Positions 26,885 to 36,681 of a stretch of DNA of 40,782 bases are shown here, piece after piece. Within the stretch, counting starts at the first letter, position 1. Every line of letters begins with the position of its first letter. The position numbers and the translations under genes were made by a program. The stretch is from Candidatus Woesearchaeota archaeon (GTDB lineage Archaea > Nanobdellota > Nanobdellia > SCGC-AAA011-G17 > GW2011-AR20). The stretch lies in assembly GCA_964359725.1 (NCBI GenBank), contig CAYHTT010000003.1, positions 1 through 40,782 on the forward strand. The letters are read 5' to 3'. The notes under the pieces are model-generated. The model did no database searches, was not told the DNA's origin, and was given only the letters and a program-made list of their open reading frames with translations.

Positions 26885-27333
26885 ACAAAGAATAAGCCTG
26901 TGACAATATTAGCTAGCCTATAAGAAAATGATTTATTAACATTAAATTTTACATCTAATTCTCTTTCTAATATATTAATTAAAATATTACCCTTAAATGT
27001 TCTAGCCTGAATTTGAAATTTTGTAATTACTTTAGCAAGATCGTCATCTTCTTGAACACTTAATAAAGTTCTAAAATCATCTGCTGTTCCAAAAAATACT
27101 ATATCAGCTTTCCCAGAATCTTTAAGCTCTAATTTACCCTGCTTATTTAATATTAAAATGAAATTTTCATTGGTGTCAAGAGTTTTAATCCCAATTCTTA
27201 TTGGCAAAGTAAAAGAAAGTTTTCCAACCTCAACTCCCGAATAATTATTTACATATTCTGTTGTATCTTCTATTAATGCTGCATTTACAAGAGTTAATGA
27301 AAGTAAAAATATTATCAATAATTGTAATTTCAT
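26881..27333 (-). CDS. Secreted/surface hypothetical protein
   Basis: Signal peptide MKLQLLIIFLLSLTLVNA; the ADIVFFGTADDFRTLL segment weakly recalls an SCP2-like fold. Confidence 0.65.
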   Translation of the reverse strand: MKLQLLIIFLLSLTLVNAALIEDTTEYVNNYSGVEVGKLSFTLPIRIGIKTLDTNENFILILNKQGKLELKDSGKADIVFFGTADDFRTLLSVQEDDDLAKVITKFQIQARTFKGNILINILERELDVKFNVNKSFSYRLANIVTGLFFV

Positions 27334-27337
27334 TTTT

Positions 27338-27850
27338 TTATTTTAGTTGTTTTATTTTTTTTATAAGCTTTTTTGTTGCTTCTTCTACAGTTAAACCTTT
27401 TGTATTTAATATTATATTGTAAAGTTTTTTATTCCTATAATCAATACCATACTCATGTTTATAATGTTTTAATTCTTCTCGTTCCCTAGCTAAAGTTTCA
27501 TGTAAAGCTTTTTTATAACTTATTTTATCACGTCTAGCAATTCTATTAACTCGAGCTTTTAAAGGTGCGTATAAATAAATTCTAATATGAGCATTTTTAA
27601 TTAAATAAGCTCCTAATCTAGAATCAATAATACAATTTTTATTTTTCTTAGCAATTCTCTTTTGTTCTTCATCTAAGTAATTTACTAATTTCTCTTGTTT
27701 AGTTAAATCTAAAACAGAAATTTTTTTCTTTTTTGCAATACTTCTAAAAATATCACCCATTGAATAATGTTTTAAATGTAAATGTTTAGCAAGTTCTTTT
27801 GCAACAGAAGTTTTTCCAGAACCAGGTAAACCTGTAATTGTAATTATCAT
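27338..27850 (-). CDS. cmk: Cytidylate kinase, archaeal type
   Basis: IITITGLPGSGKTSVAK P-loop, SMGDIFR..A, DSRLGA, R..RIA.RD, YGID. Confidence 0.9.
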   Translation of the reverse strand: MIITITGLPGSGKTSVAKELAKHLHLKHYSMGDIFRSIAKKKKISVLDLTKQEKLVNYLDEEQKRIAKKNKNCIIDSRLGAYLIKNAHIRIYLYAPLKARVNRIARRDKISYKKALHETLAREREELKHYKHEYGIDYRNKKLYNIILNTKGLTVEEATKKLIKKIKQLK

Positions 27851-27875
27851 AAAATTAAGAAAAATTTTATCTATA

Positions 27876-29453
27876 TTAAATTATTCTTTTTCGTTCTTCA
27901 TTATTTAATAACCAAACTTTTTCACCACAAAAATGATAACCCTCAGGACAATTTCTACGAGAATCAGCTTTGTAAGCAATATCACAAGGGGCACCAAACC
28001 ATTTACCAATTAATGGATGTACTTTTGTAATCTGGTCTACTTCATCTGATGTGGCTTGCCAAATTTCTTTTTGTGCATTATAACAAAGTCTTTCAACAAA
28101 TTTTTTTCTTAAATGAAGCAAGCTTCCAGATTCTATAAATCTTATAGGATAAGCATTGGGAAGCAAATAAGCAACATATTGTGAATTAGCATTATTTTCC
28201 AATAAATAATTTATATTATTAAAAATAAGTTTCATGGTAGCTTTATATGTACTTAAAGCTTTTTCATCATCTTTTATCAAATCAGGAATAATATAATCTG
28301 GTTCTCCGAAATAATGCTGCATTATAAATGGTCTACTACCAAGAACTCCGCGATGTCTTTGATCCTGAGAATCGGCACTATGACTTAATTTTTTCTTAAA
28401 TGTATAATAAACATTATTTAAAGCCCTAGTTATCTTACTCATCATTGTAATATTTAAAGGCCCTAACAAATAAGGGTCTTTAGCCGGATTTAATAGTAAA
28501 TAAACAGCTTCTTCATCACTTAATTCTTGTTCAGTTAATCCAAATTCAGTTCTTAATGAATCACCTAAAATACGATAAGGATTATTTGGATGGTCAATTA
28601 ATTTTGATATATGATCTTTTAAAGATTCATCAAATTCTTCAACAAATTTTCTATTTCTATGAAAATCTATTTTATCCCCTTTATATTTTTCTATTAATCT
28701 ATGTTCTAAAGTATCCTCAAATTTTATTGAATTCTTAACCATTAAAATATTTGGGTCGAATTTTTTGGCTTCATTAATCATTTCATTAACAACAATTCTT
28801 GCTTCTTCTGATACATCACACATCTCTGCGCAATAATAATAACGTTGTAATGTTAAAGTATTAATCGTATGATATAAGTGAGATTTAGTTGCAATAGGTA
28901 AAACATATCTTGTTATTTCTTGGGTTTTTCTGTTTACTTCTCTATCACCTTCTTCTGTACCTTTATCTTTTGGGAATAATCTATAATATTTTTGTTCTAC
29001 AGTTGGTTTAAGCATTTCAAATAAACCATTATCAACAAGTAATTGAAATTCTAAAGTTTCTTTATACACCAAATTTAAATCATTGTTTCGAAAATCTGGG
29101 ATTACAAAATCATCTAATGTCATTTTTCTATATTTTCTATCAAATCTTTGGCTATCTTGATTAGAATTATGGAACGGTTGATCATGAAATAATGACCATA
29201 TTAATAATCTTGAAACACCGCTTATACCAAAAACAAGGTGTGCGTGGCCAAAGGGAGTGTGGTGTTCTGCGTTATATAGTTGTATTCTTAATCTATCCCA
29301 GTGTTCTCTTGTCTCACCTTTTTTAATACCAACATCTTTTGGTTTAATAAGTTCTGGGGAATAACAACTTCTAGCTGATGCAACAGCTAAATCGCTTGGA
29401 TTTTCTATTATATCAATTAGTTCTATATTTGGTTTACTTGATAAAAATACCAT
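27876..29453 (-). CDS. Long, two-domain ThyX/Thy1-like FAD-dependent thymidylate synthase
   Basis: First module AEHHTPFGH..LVFGISGVSR...SQRF...RYVLP; second module SHSADSQDQRHR...YLLPNA...RLC..AQ.EI. Confidence 0.8.
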   Translation of the reverse strand: MVFLSSKPNIELIDIIENPSDLAVASARSCYSPELIKPKDVGIKKGETREHWDRLRIQLYNAEHHTPFGHAHLVFGISGVSRLLIWSLFHDQPFHNSNQDSQRFDRKYRKMTLDDFVIPDFRNNDLNLVYKETLEFQLLVDNGLFEMLKPTVEQKYYRLFPKDKGTEEGDREVNRKTQEITRYVLPIATKSHLYHTINTLTLQRYYYCAEMCDVSEEARIVVNEMINEAKKFDPNILMVKNSIKFEDTLEHRLIEKYKGDKIDFHRNRKFVEEFDESLKDHISKLIDHPNNPYRILGDSLRTEFGLTEQELSDEEAVYLLLNPAKDPYLLGPLNITMMSKITRALNNVYYTFKKKLSHSADSQDQRHRGVLGSRPFIMQHYFGEPDYIIPDLIKDDEKALSTYKATMKLIFNNINYLLENNANSQYVAYLLPNAYPIRFIESGSLLHLRKKFVERLCYNAQKEIWQATSDEVDQITKVHPLIGKWFGAPCDIAYKADSRRNCPEGYHFCGEKVWLLNNEERKRII

Positions 29454-29566
29454 TTAACCCCAAGCTAGATAAAAAGTAAAAATATTTAAAGATTTATATA
29501 AAATAAAAACTATTTTGCATAGTAAATTTTAAAAATAGGTAGTATAACAAAACATAGGGGTTTAAT

Positions 29567-30172
29567 ATGATTAATGTTGAAAAGGCTATAAATGATTTAA
29601 AGCGAGGTAAATTTGTAGTAATTAGAGATAGTAACAATAGAGAGAATGAAGCTGATTTGACAATAGCTGCAAAATTCGTTAATAAAAAAAAATTAACTTT
29701 TTTATTAAAATATACTTGCGGACAAGTTTGCGTTCCTATGAGTTTAAAGACTTCTAAAAAATTGGGATTAAAATTAATGACTAAAATTCCGAAAAATGAT
29801 AAAAGAAGTTGTAATTTTACTATACCAGTAGATTCTAAAGAAGGTGGTACAGGAATAAGTGCTCATGATAAATATTTAACTATAAAAAATTTAGTAAATT
29901 ATGAAAAAGATAAATTAAAAACACCAGGGCATACATTTCCAGTAACTGCTAGGGATAATGGTGTATTTGAAAGACAGGGACATTCAGAGGCGTCTTTTGA
30001 TTTAATTAGGTTAAGCAAAATTGACCCAGAAATAGCTGTGATATGCGAATTGATGAATCGCAGACAGGGAAAACCATTAAGAGGCAAGCAATTAGAAGAA
30101 TTTAGTAATAGGTATAAAATCCCAATTGTAGAGGTAAATGATATTGCTAATTATCGAAAACAAAATGAATAA
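29567..30172 (+). CDS. ribB: 3,4-dihydroxy-2-butanone-4-phosphate synthase
   Basis: D..RENEADL, G.VCVP, FTIPVD, TGISAHD, PGH.FP, R.GHSEA, ICELMN. Confidence 0.93.
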   Translation: MINVEKAINDLKRGKFVVIRDSNNRENEADLTIAAKFVNKKKLTFLLKYTCGQVCVPMSLKTSKKLGLKLMTKIPKNDKRSCNFTIPVDSKEGGTGISAHDKYLTIKNLVNYEKDKLKTPGHTFPVTARDNGVFERQGHSEASFDLIRLSKIDPEIAVICELMNRRQGKPLRGKQLEEFSNRYKIPIVEVNDIANYRKQNE

Positions 30173-30467
30173 ACTAAAAAGTCCGGATAAAACAAAGACT
30201 ATAACTCAAGAAAAATTAGAAAGCTATTTTAAAATAACTAAGCAAGCAATTGAAATTGCTTCTAAAGCAAATTCTAATTTCGATATAAAAATTAAAGAAG
30301 ATTTTTTAGATATGATTACCCGTTATTATAAAGATGCTCAATATTTTAAAGAAAAAGGTGAAATAGTTAATGCGTTTGCTGCTTTAAATTATGCACATGG
30401 TTGGTTAGATGCTGGCGCAAGATTAAAAATTTTTGATGTTAAAGACTCAAGATTATTTACAGTTTAA
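30165..30467 (+). CDS. DUF357-domain protein
   Basis: M..RYY.DA.YF...G..VNAFAALNYAHGWLDAGAR signature. Start placed at the second ATG, overlapping the end of ribB. Confidence 0.88.
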   Translation: MNKLKSPDKTKTITQEKLESYFKITKQAIEIASKANSNFDIKIKEDFLDMITRYYKDAQYFKEKGEIVNAFAALNYAHGWLDAGARLKIFDVKDSRLFTV

Positions 30468-30468
30468 A

Positions 30469-30858
30469 ATGGCATGGTTAAATATTTTATTTTGTGATAC
30501 TTCTACTGAAAGAGGTTATAATATTGAAGAAATAATAAATAATTCGGATTTTTCTGAATGTACTGTTTTTATTACATCGACCAGAAATATGGCATCTGAA
30601 CTCATAGAAAGTGGTCAATTATTTAGTGTTATGATAATAGGCTATGATCTCAATAAAATTGGAGATGGTAATGACGCAATAAATTTTATTAAAAAGTATC
30701 GCAATATTCCTTCTATTTTTCTTGACAATCCTCGTGGTATAATTTCAAGAGCTGCAGAAAATTATGCGACTATAACCCTTAATAAAAATAATGTCTATTA
30801 TGGGTTAAATGAAGCTATTGTTAAGATAATAAAAGATAAAAATAATCCTGTGGATTAA
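30469..30858 (+). CDS. Degenerate stand-alone receiver (CheY-like) domain protein
   Basis: ILFCD strand 1, A.ELI....FSVMIIGYDL...DG..AI..IK...IPSIFL follows REC topology, but the phospho-acceptor Asp position appears to be Gly. Confidence 0.5.
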   Translation: MAWLNILFCDTSTERGYNIEEIINNSDFSECTVFITSTRNMASELIESGQLFSVMIIGYDLNKIGDGNDAINFIKKYRNIPSIFLDNPRGIISRAAENYATITLNKNNVYYGLNEAIVKIIKDKNNPVD

Positions 30859-30867
30859 TAAAAAATT

Positions 30868-31482
30868 TTACTCTTCTTCAGAGCCTAGTAGCTTTACTAA
30901 TTGACGCCTAATAACAGTTTCTTCTTTAGAAAATATTTTCCCTTTAAGTCCATCTATTTGACCAATTAAACCATTGTACATATCACTTCCTCGAGGATGG
31001 TGCTTTAATATTTTCATAATTCTATTTATACCTTGTAAAGTTTCTGTTATGCTCCTTTCAACATAGATATGATCTTCTATTCTTTTACCCAATTCTTGAT
31101 AAGAACATTTCCCATAATAAAATTGTACACCAAGCTCATATACTAGTTGATCCATCAAATGATTTGTTCTCATTTTAGGGTCATTAAACTTAAAGGAATT
31201 TGTTTTCATTTCTAAAGAATCTATAATTTCATTTACATTAACATTCTTTAAATCTGTTAAAATTTTAGTTAAACCTTCGGCAATCTTAACAGCATTTCCT
31301 ATTCTTAATGTAGCATCTCTTTGTGGGATATAAACAATATCTGATTTTTTTATTTCTAAAGATGTTACCACTGTATTTAATCCAATTAATTTATATCTTT
31401 TATTTTTGTTATTTACCCTTTCAGCTAATTCACGAATATTTTCTGCATTAGTTAATTTATTATAATAAATTAATTCTGGCAT
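30868..31482 (-). CDS. Hypothetical protein
   Basis: 204-aa ORF with a GGGGGT SD-like element upstream; no motif recognised. Confidence 0.65.
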   Translation of the reverse strand: MPELIYYNKLTNAENIRELAERVNNKNKRYKLIGLNTVVTSLEIKKSDIVYIPQRDATLRIGNAVKIAEGLTKILTDLKNVNVNEIIDSLEMKTNSFKFNDPKMRTNHLMDQLVYELGVQFYYGKCSYQELGKRIEDHIYVERSITETLQGINRIMKILKHHPRGSDMYNGLIGQIDGLKGKIFSKEETVIRRQLVKLLGSEEE

Positions 31483-31524
31483 TTTACCCCCAATATCAGA
31501 TATAGATAAATAGATTTAAATAGC

Positions 31525-32043
31525 TTACTTTAATTTAACTACTTTTTTAGTATCTTTAGATTCTAGAATTTTTAATTTGGCATCTTTAAATTCATAACTT
31601 AATTCTTTGCCATTATTTAATAAATGTAAAAATATAGCTAATGCTGAAACCTCTGAAATTGGTTGATGTGTTACAGCAATATTATAATCAGCTAATTTAT
31701 AATATATTGGTTCAACTTTTTCTCCTCCAACAATTATTATTAAATTTTTATTTTTTAATTTATTTACATTTTTCTCAACGTTTAGACCATAACAAGTTAA
31801 ATGAACTATTGTAAATTTATCTTTATTTTCCTTAACAAACTTTATTGGATCCTTACAATATTCTATAGTAAGTTTACCACCAAATTGTTCGCTTACTTTA
31901 TTAATACTATTTTCTAAATTAGAATCTTTTTCACCAGAATAATAAATCTTATCAGCTAAAAATGCTCTAGCAGTTAAAGCTACATGTGTCGAAATCCTTT
32001 TATCACGAAATATCCTATGATTTAATCTAAGTACAATTATCAT
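31525..32043 (-). CDS. tRNA (cytidine(56)-2'-O)-methyltransferase aTrm56 (SPOUT)
   Basis: VLRL.HR..RDKRISTHVALTARAF, VHLT.YG, VGGEKV, ADYNIAV..QP.SEVSALAIFL. Probable start 32043 (ORF track 32064). Confidence 0.95.
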   Translation of the reverse strand: MIIVLRLNHRIFRDKRISTHVALTARAFLADKIYYSGEKDSNLENSINKVSEQFGGKLTIEYCKDPIKFVKENKDKFTIVHLTCYGLNVEKNVNKLKNKNLIIIVGGEKVEPIYYKLADYNIAVTHQPISEVSALAIFLHLLNNGKELSYEFKDAKLKILESKDTKKVVKLK

Positions 32044-32103
32044 AATATTGTTAATTATTAACATTATAAAAAGATTTTTAAATTAATAAAAATGTAAAAT
32101 GCT

Positions 32104-32985
32104 ATGAATTTAGAGAATTTTTATGAAAAAAACTATAAAAAATTGATGATAATTTCATATTTGATATTATTAGTTAGTTTAGTTTTTGTTATAACTAATG
32201 TAATTAAAACAGGATATCCTTTTGATCGTGATATTAGCTTAAAGGGTGGTGTTTCTGCCACGATTTACAAAGAAGATTTAAATTTAGACGAGATAGAAGA
32301 TTTTCTTAAGCAAAATGTAAATGACTTTAATGTAAGAAGATTAACTGATTCTAATACGGGCAAGCAAACTGGTTTAATAATTGAGGTAGCTGATATTAAT
32401 GAACAAGAGCTAAAAACATTATTAGCAAAAAAGATTAACATTGATTATGAGAATAAAGATGAGTTTGATGCAAGTGCAACAAGTGAGGAATTTGGTAGAA
32501 GTTTTTATCAAGGTTTAATGATTGCTATATTATTTGCTTTTGTTTTAATGTCTATTGTTGTATTTATATCATTTAGAACTTTTATTCCTAGCATAGCTGT
32601 AATATCAGCTGCTTTAACAGATATTTTAGCAAGTTTAGTTGTAATTAATTTGCTTAATATTAAGTTATCAGCAGCTGGTGTTGTTGCTTTCTTACTTGTT
32701 ATAGGTTATTCAATTGATACAGATATCTTGCTTACAACAAGATTATTGAAAAGAAGAGAAGAAGGCAATTTATATGAAAGACTAAAACATAGCATTACAA
32801 CTGGATTAACAATGACGATAGCTGCAATTGCTGCTCTAACAACTGGATATTTTATTGCAATAAGTGAACAATTAAAACAAATTTTCTTAGTAATTATAAT
32901 TGCTTTAGTTTTTGATATAATTTCAACATACTTTGGTAATGCTGGAATATTAATCTGGTATATGAAAAAGAAAAATATAACATGA
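32104..32985 (+). CDS. secF: Protein translocase subunit SecF
   Basis: DISLKGG, FRTFIPS, IGYSIDTDILLTTR; 6 TMs; overlaps secD. Confidence 0.95.
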   Translation: MNLENFYEKNYKKLMIISYLILLVSLVFVITNVIKTGYPFDRDISLKGGVSATIYKEDLNLDEIEDFLKQNVNDFNVRRLTDSNTGKQTGLIIEVADINEQELKTLLAKKINIDYENKDEFDASATSEEFGRSFYQGLMIAILFAFVLMSIVVFISFRTFIPSIAVISAALTDILASLVVINLLNIKLSAAGVVAFLLVIGYSIDTDILLTTRLLKRREEGNLYERLKHSITTGLTMTIAAIAALTTGYFIAISEQLKQIFLVIIIALVFDIISTYFGNAGILIWYMKKKNIT

Positions 32986-34538
32986 AACTTAAAACATTAT
33001 TAAGATTTAGAGTAATTTTCTTATTATTTTTTATTATAGTAAGCATAATTGCAATAAATCCAAAATTTAATGCTGAAGGTGTGGCAATAAAAGCTGTTGA
33101 TGTAAATAGTACAGCAAGTTTAGCCGGAATTAAAGCCCAGCAAGATTTAACATTAACTAATCGTGAAATAATTAAAGCTATTAACAATATTGAAATTAAT
33201 AATTTAAATGATTATAATAAAGCTCTAAACTCAGTTAAAGATAATGAAGTAGTAAGAATTACAACCAATAAAAATCAATACATCATGCTAAAGACTGGTG
33301 ATTTGGGGTTAACAGTTGATAAAGTATCAAGTTCAAATTTAAGACGTGGTTTAGATTTACAAGGTGGTACTCGTGTTGTACTCGAGCCAGAAGAGAAGCT
33401 AAGTAAACAAGATGTTTCTGATTTAATTAAAACCATGCAAAATAGATTAAATGTTTATGGTTTAACTGATATAAAGATTAGAGAAGCTACCGACACATTA
33501 GGAAATAGTTTTATTATCGTTGAAGTTGCAGGAGCAAGTAAACAAGAAGTTCGTGATTTAATTGCTTCACAAGGTAAATTTGAAGCAAAAATCGGAAATG
33601 AAACAGTTTTTATTGGAGGCAAGAAAGATGTTATTTTTGTTTGTAGAGAAGATGCAACTTGCGCTGGAATAAGACAATGTAATCAAATTAATAATGAAGA
33701 ATGGCAATGTGTTTTTGAATTCCAGATTAAATTAAGTAATGAAGCGGCAAAGAAACATGCTCAAGTAACTGATAAATTAGATGTAAATTTAAGTGCAACT
33801 GGAAACTATCTAAGCAAGCCTTTAGATTTATATTTAGATGATAAATTAGTTGATAGCTTACAAATTTCTTCTAGCTTAAAGGGCCAAGAAGCAACTGACA
33901 TAGTAATTTCTGGACCTGGTTTTGGTGCAACAAGAGATGATGCAATAAAAGATGCTACATTAAATATGAATAAACTTCAAACTATTTTAATTACTGGAAG
34001 CTTACCTGTAAAATTAAATATTGTCAAATTTGATACAATAAGTCCTGTATTAGGAGAAGCATTTAGCAAAAATACAATTAAAGTAATTTTATTTAGTATA
34101 TTAGCTGTAGCATTAGTTATATTTATACGTTACAGAAACTTGAAAGTTGCTTTACCATTATTACTAATCTCGAGTTCAGAAATTTTAATTATACTTGGGA
34201 TATTTGCTTTAATTAAATATAATATTGATTTAGCTGCTATTGCGGGTATTATCGCAGCTGTTGGTACTGGAGTAGACGATCAGATTGTTATAGCAGATGA
34301 AATTATTTCTAGTAAAAAAAGAAAAGAAGTATTAAGCTTAAAGCAACAAATTAAAAGAGCTTTCTTTATTATAATGGTAGCTTACTTTACTGGTATAGCA
34401 TCGATGATACCATTATTCTGGGCTGGTGCTGGTTTGTTTACTGGATTTGCAATTACAACTATATTAGGAATTTCTATTGGTGTTTTTATAACTAGGCCTG
34501 CATTTGCTGCCATAGTAGAAAGTTTTGAAGAAAGTTAA
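32982..34538 (+). CDS. secD: Protein translocase subunit SecD, with a PDZ-like N-terminal insert
   Basis: GLDLQGGTR, RLNVYGL, GSLPV, IAGIIAAVGTGVDDQIVI.DE, GFAITTI.G, ITRPAF. Confidence 0.95.
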   Translation: MKLKTLLRFRVIFLLFFIIVSIIAINPKFNAEGVAIKAVDVNSTASLAGIKAQQDLTLTNREIIKAINNIEINNLNDYNKALNSVKDNEVVRITTNKNQYIMLKTGDLGLTVDKVSSSNLRRGLDLQGGTRVVLEPEEKLSKQDVSDLIKTMQNRLNVYGLTDIKIREATDTLGNSFIIVEVAGASKQEVRDLIASQGKFEAKIGNETVFIGGKKDVIFVCREDATCAGIRQCNQINNEEWQCVFEFQIKLSNEAAKKHAQVTDKLDVNLSATGNYLSKPLDLYLDDKLVDSLQISSSLKGQEATDIVISGPGFGATRDDAIKDATLNMNKLQTILITGSLPVKLNIVKFDTISPVLGEAFSKNTIKVILFSILAVALVIFIRYRNLKVALPLLLISSSEILIILGIFALIKYNIDLAAIAGIIAAVGTGVDDQIVIADEIISSKKRKEVLSLKQQIKRAFFIIMVAYFTGIASMIPLFWAGAGLFTGFAITTILGISIGVFITRPAFAAIVESFEES

Positions 34539-34632
34539 CGCCAGAGCGAGGATTCGAACCTCGAAGTCCTTTCGGACGGCAGTTTTCTTTATGAAGTTCG
34601 AGACTGCTGCAATACCGTTATGCGACCCTGGC
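34539..34632 (-). tRNA. tRNA-Ser(CGA) with a 12-nt intron at position 37/38; CCA not encoded
   Basis: Reverse complement: GCCAGGG TC GCATAACGGTATTGC A GCAGT CT CGA A [CTTCATAAAGAA] A ACTGC CGTCCGAAAGGACTT CGAGG TTCGAAT CCTCG CTCTGGC G. All stems pair, with a long variable arm and G discriminator; intron at 34585-34596. Confidence 0.93.
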
Positions 34633-34666
34633 AAAGTTTTTTAAATTAATGAAAGTTTAAAATTTT

Positions 34667-35086
34667 ATGTATTTATCCATGCATTTTATTTTAACTTTAT
34701 TATTAGCATTATTACTTTTTCCTATTTATAAATATAAAGTTTTATTATTATTTATATTCGGATTTTTTATTGACGTAGATCATTATTTATTTGACGTTGT
34801 AAAAGATAAGAAATTTAGTTTAAAAAAATCTTATTTAGCACATATGAACCTTAATATTGTTTTAAAAGATCAGCTTCATATTTTTCATGTTGTAGAGTTT
34901 TGGATTTTAGCCTTAATATTAACTTTAATTTTTTATAGTGAACTTACTTTATTATTATTTATAGGATTAATATTTCATTTATTTTTAGATTTTATTTATT
35001 GGGTTTTTAATAAAAAATATATTAGACATACAAGGGCATTATCCTTAATAGCTTGGTTAATTAGAAATAAAAAAATTAAGTTTTAA
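34667..35086 (+). CDS. Membrane-bound metal-dependent hydrolase-like protein (YdjM-like)
   Basis: TM protein with early H, IDVDH, FH..E and H...D potential metal ligands. Confidence 0.65.
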   Translation: MYLSMHFILTLLLALLLFPIYKYKVLLLFIFGFFIDVDHYLFDVVKDKKFSLKKSYLAHMNLNIVLKDQLHIFHVVEFWILALILTLIFYSELTLLLFIGLIFHLFLDFIYWVFNKKYIRHTRALSLIAWLIRNKKIKF

Positions 35087-35088
35087 TT

Positions 35089-36048
35089 TTATTTTTTTAT
35101 TAAAATTGATTTAAGTAAAGTGATAAATACGATCAAAATTAAAGGTCCAAAAAACGCACCAATAAACCCTAATAAGCTAATCCCACCAAATACTCCTAAT
35201 ACAACAAAAACAGGATGAATTTTAGATTTATAACCAATTAATTTTGGTTTAATTATTGTTTCTAATCCTGAAATAAATAAAGCGCCATAAACTAAAAGTC
35301 CAATTCCATTAAATGAATCATTATTAATTATTTTAATTACACCAATAGGACCCCAAATCAAGGTATTTCCTATTCCCGGCAAGATGCTTACTATTAATAC
35401 AAGTAAACCCCATAGTATAGGACTACTAACTTTAAATATTAAAAATCCTATTGTAGAAGTTATTCCGATTATTATTCCCGTTAAAATTAAACCGTAAACA
35501 ATTGCATGTGTAACATTTTTGAATTCACTTACAACTGTATTTTTATGTGCCTCGGTTAAGGGAATTAAACCTTTTATATCTTTGACAATTTTTTCTCCAT
35601 CTTTTAGAAAATAGAAAAACAAAAATAAAGTAATAAAAGCATTAATCAAAAATTTAGGTATCGCGATTATCAAATTAGAGCTTTCACTTATAATGAAGCG
35701 AAACACTTTATCTACAGCATCTAAAACATAACCCGGCAAATTAATTTCTCCTGATCTAAAATTATTATATAATAATAAAGATTCTTTCACAAGAGAATTA
35801 ACAACAAAAAACGTTGGTATTATTATGATAATTATTAACAAAATAGTTATTATAAAAGCTGAAATATAATCTTTTTTAATTACTGAATTAAGTTTTTTAT
35901 ACCAAGGATGAAATAAATAAGCTAAAACTAAACTACTTAATATTCCCGTTAAAAAATTTTTAACAACAAGAAATGCTAATACTGCAATTATGATAAAAGC
36001 TGCTATAAACAAATACTTAGCATACTTTTTAAGAACTTGGTCTTTCAT
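35089..36048 (-). CDS. AI-2E/PerM family transporter
   Basis: LAYLFHP, FFYFLKDG, SILP.IG..LIW.P, IKPKLIG, IHP, GVFGG...GFIG.F.GP. Confidence 0.92.
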   Translation of the reverse strand: MKDQVLKKYAKYLFIAAFIIIAVLAFLVVKNFLTGILSSLVLAYLFHPWYKKLNSVIKKDYISAFIITILLIIIIIIPTFFVVNSLVKESLLLYNNFRSGEINLPGYVLDAVDKVFRFIISESSNLIIAIPKFLINAFITLFLFFYFLKDGEKIVKDIKGLIPLTEAHKNTVVSEFKNVTHAIVYGLILTGIIIGITSTIGFLIFKVSSPILWGLLVLIVSILPGIGNTLIWGPIGVIKIINNDSFNGIGLLVYGALFISGLETIIKPKLIGYKSKIHPVFVVLGVFGGISLLGFIGAFFGPLILIVFITLLKSILIKK

Positions 36049-36195
36049 TATTTATTATAAGGAAAAATTGTTTATAAATGTTATGAAAATAAAAAACGGC
36101 TTTGCACAATTATTAAATCCTGTACAATAATTAGTCTTTCTGCACAAAAAATAATTATAAACAAGTTTTATTAATTTATTTATTATATAAAAATT

Positions 36196-36651
36196 ATGGA
36201 CATAGAACCTATAAATCTTGAAGAAGTATTCAAGTTGCACCAAAATGGTTTTAAAGTAATTTTAGGTGTTAGAACGCAACATACCACTTCTTATAACGGA
36301 AGTCCAACTGGAAATCCAGAACATTGGGATGATCCATGTATACTAGTTAATTTAGATGAAGAAGCGACCCTTATTGAAATTATCGAAGAAGATCGTACTC
36401 GATATGAATCATTAGTTGAAGAAGGCTTAGCAGAACACGATGGTTTTGGGAATAAAAATCCAATAATAGGTAAATATAGATTTATTGTTGATTTTGGAGG
36501 CATTTGGAGCGAATATTCTTGGGAGAGTTTATATGAAGATATGTATAATTTTTACTTTTTGAAAAAAAGCCTCCCTATGCCAGAACGAATAGAAGGATTT
36601 TTCTATCTTAAAAAATGTGCAGAGGTTTATTTTGCACAAAAACAGGGCTAG
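36196..36651 (+). CDS. Hypothetical acidic protein
   Basis: 151-aa ORF with AT-rich TATA-like sequence upstream; no motif recognised. Confidence 0.6.
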   Translation: MDIEPINLEEVFKLHQNGFKVILGVRTQHTTSYNGSPTGNPEHWDDPCILVNLDEEATLIEIIEEDRTRYESLVEEGLAEHDGFGNKNPIIGKYRFIVDFGGIWSEYSWESLYEDMYNFYFLKKSLPMPERIEGFFYLKKCAEVYFAQKQG

Positions 36652-36681
36652 TTAATGTGCAAAGCCATAAAAAACAATATA

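Noticed and set aside
34539-36651. Integrated element at tRNA-Ser
   Set aside because: No integrase and no duplicated tRNA end found by eye; the tRNA 3' end abuts secD.
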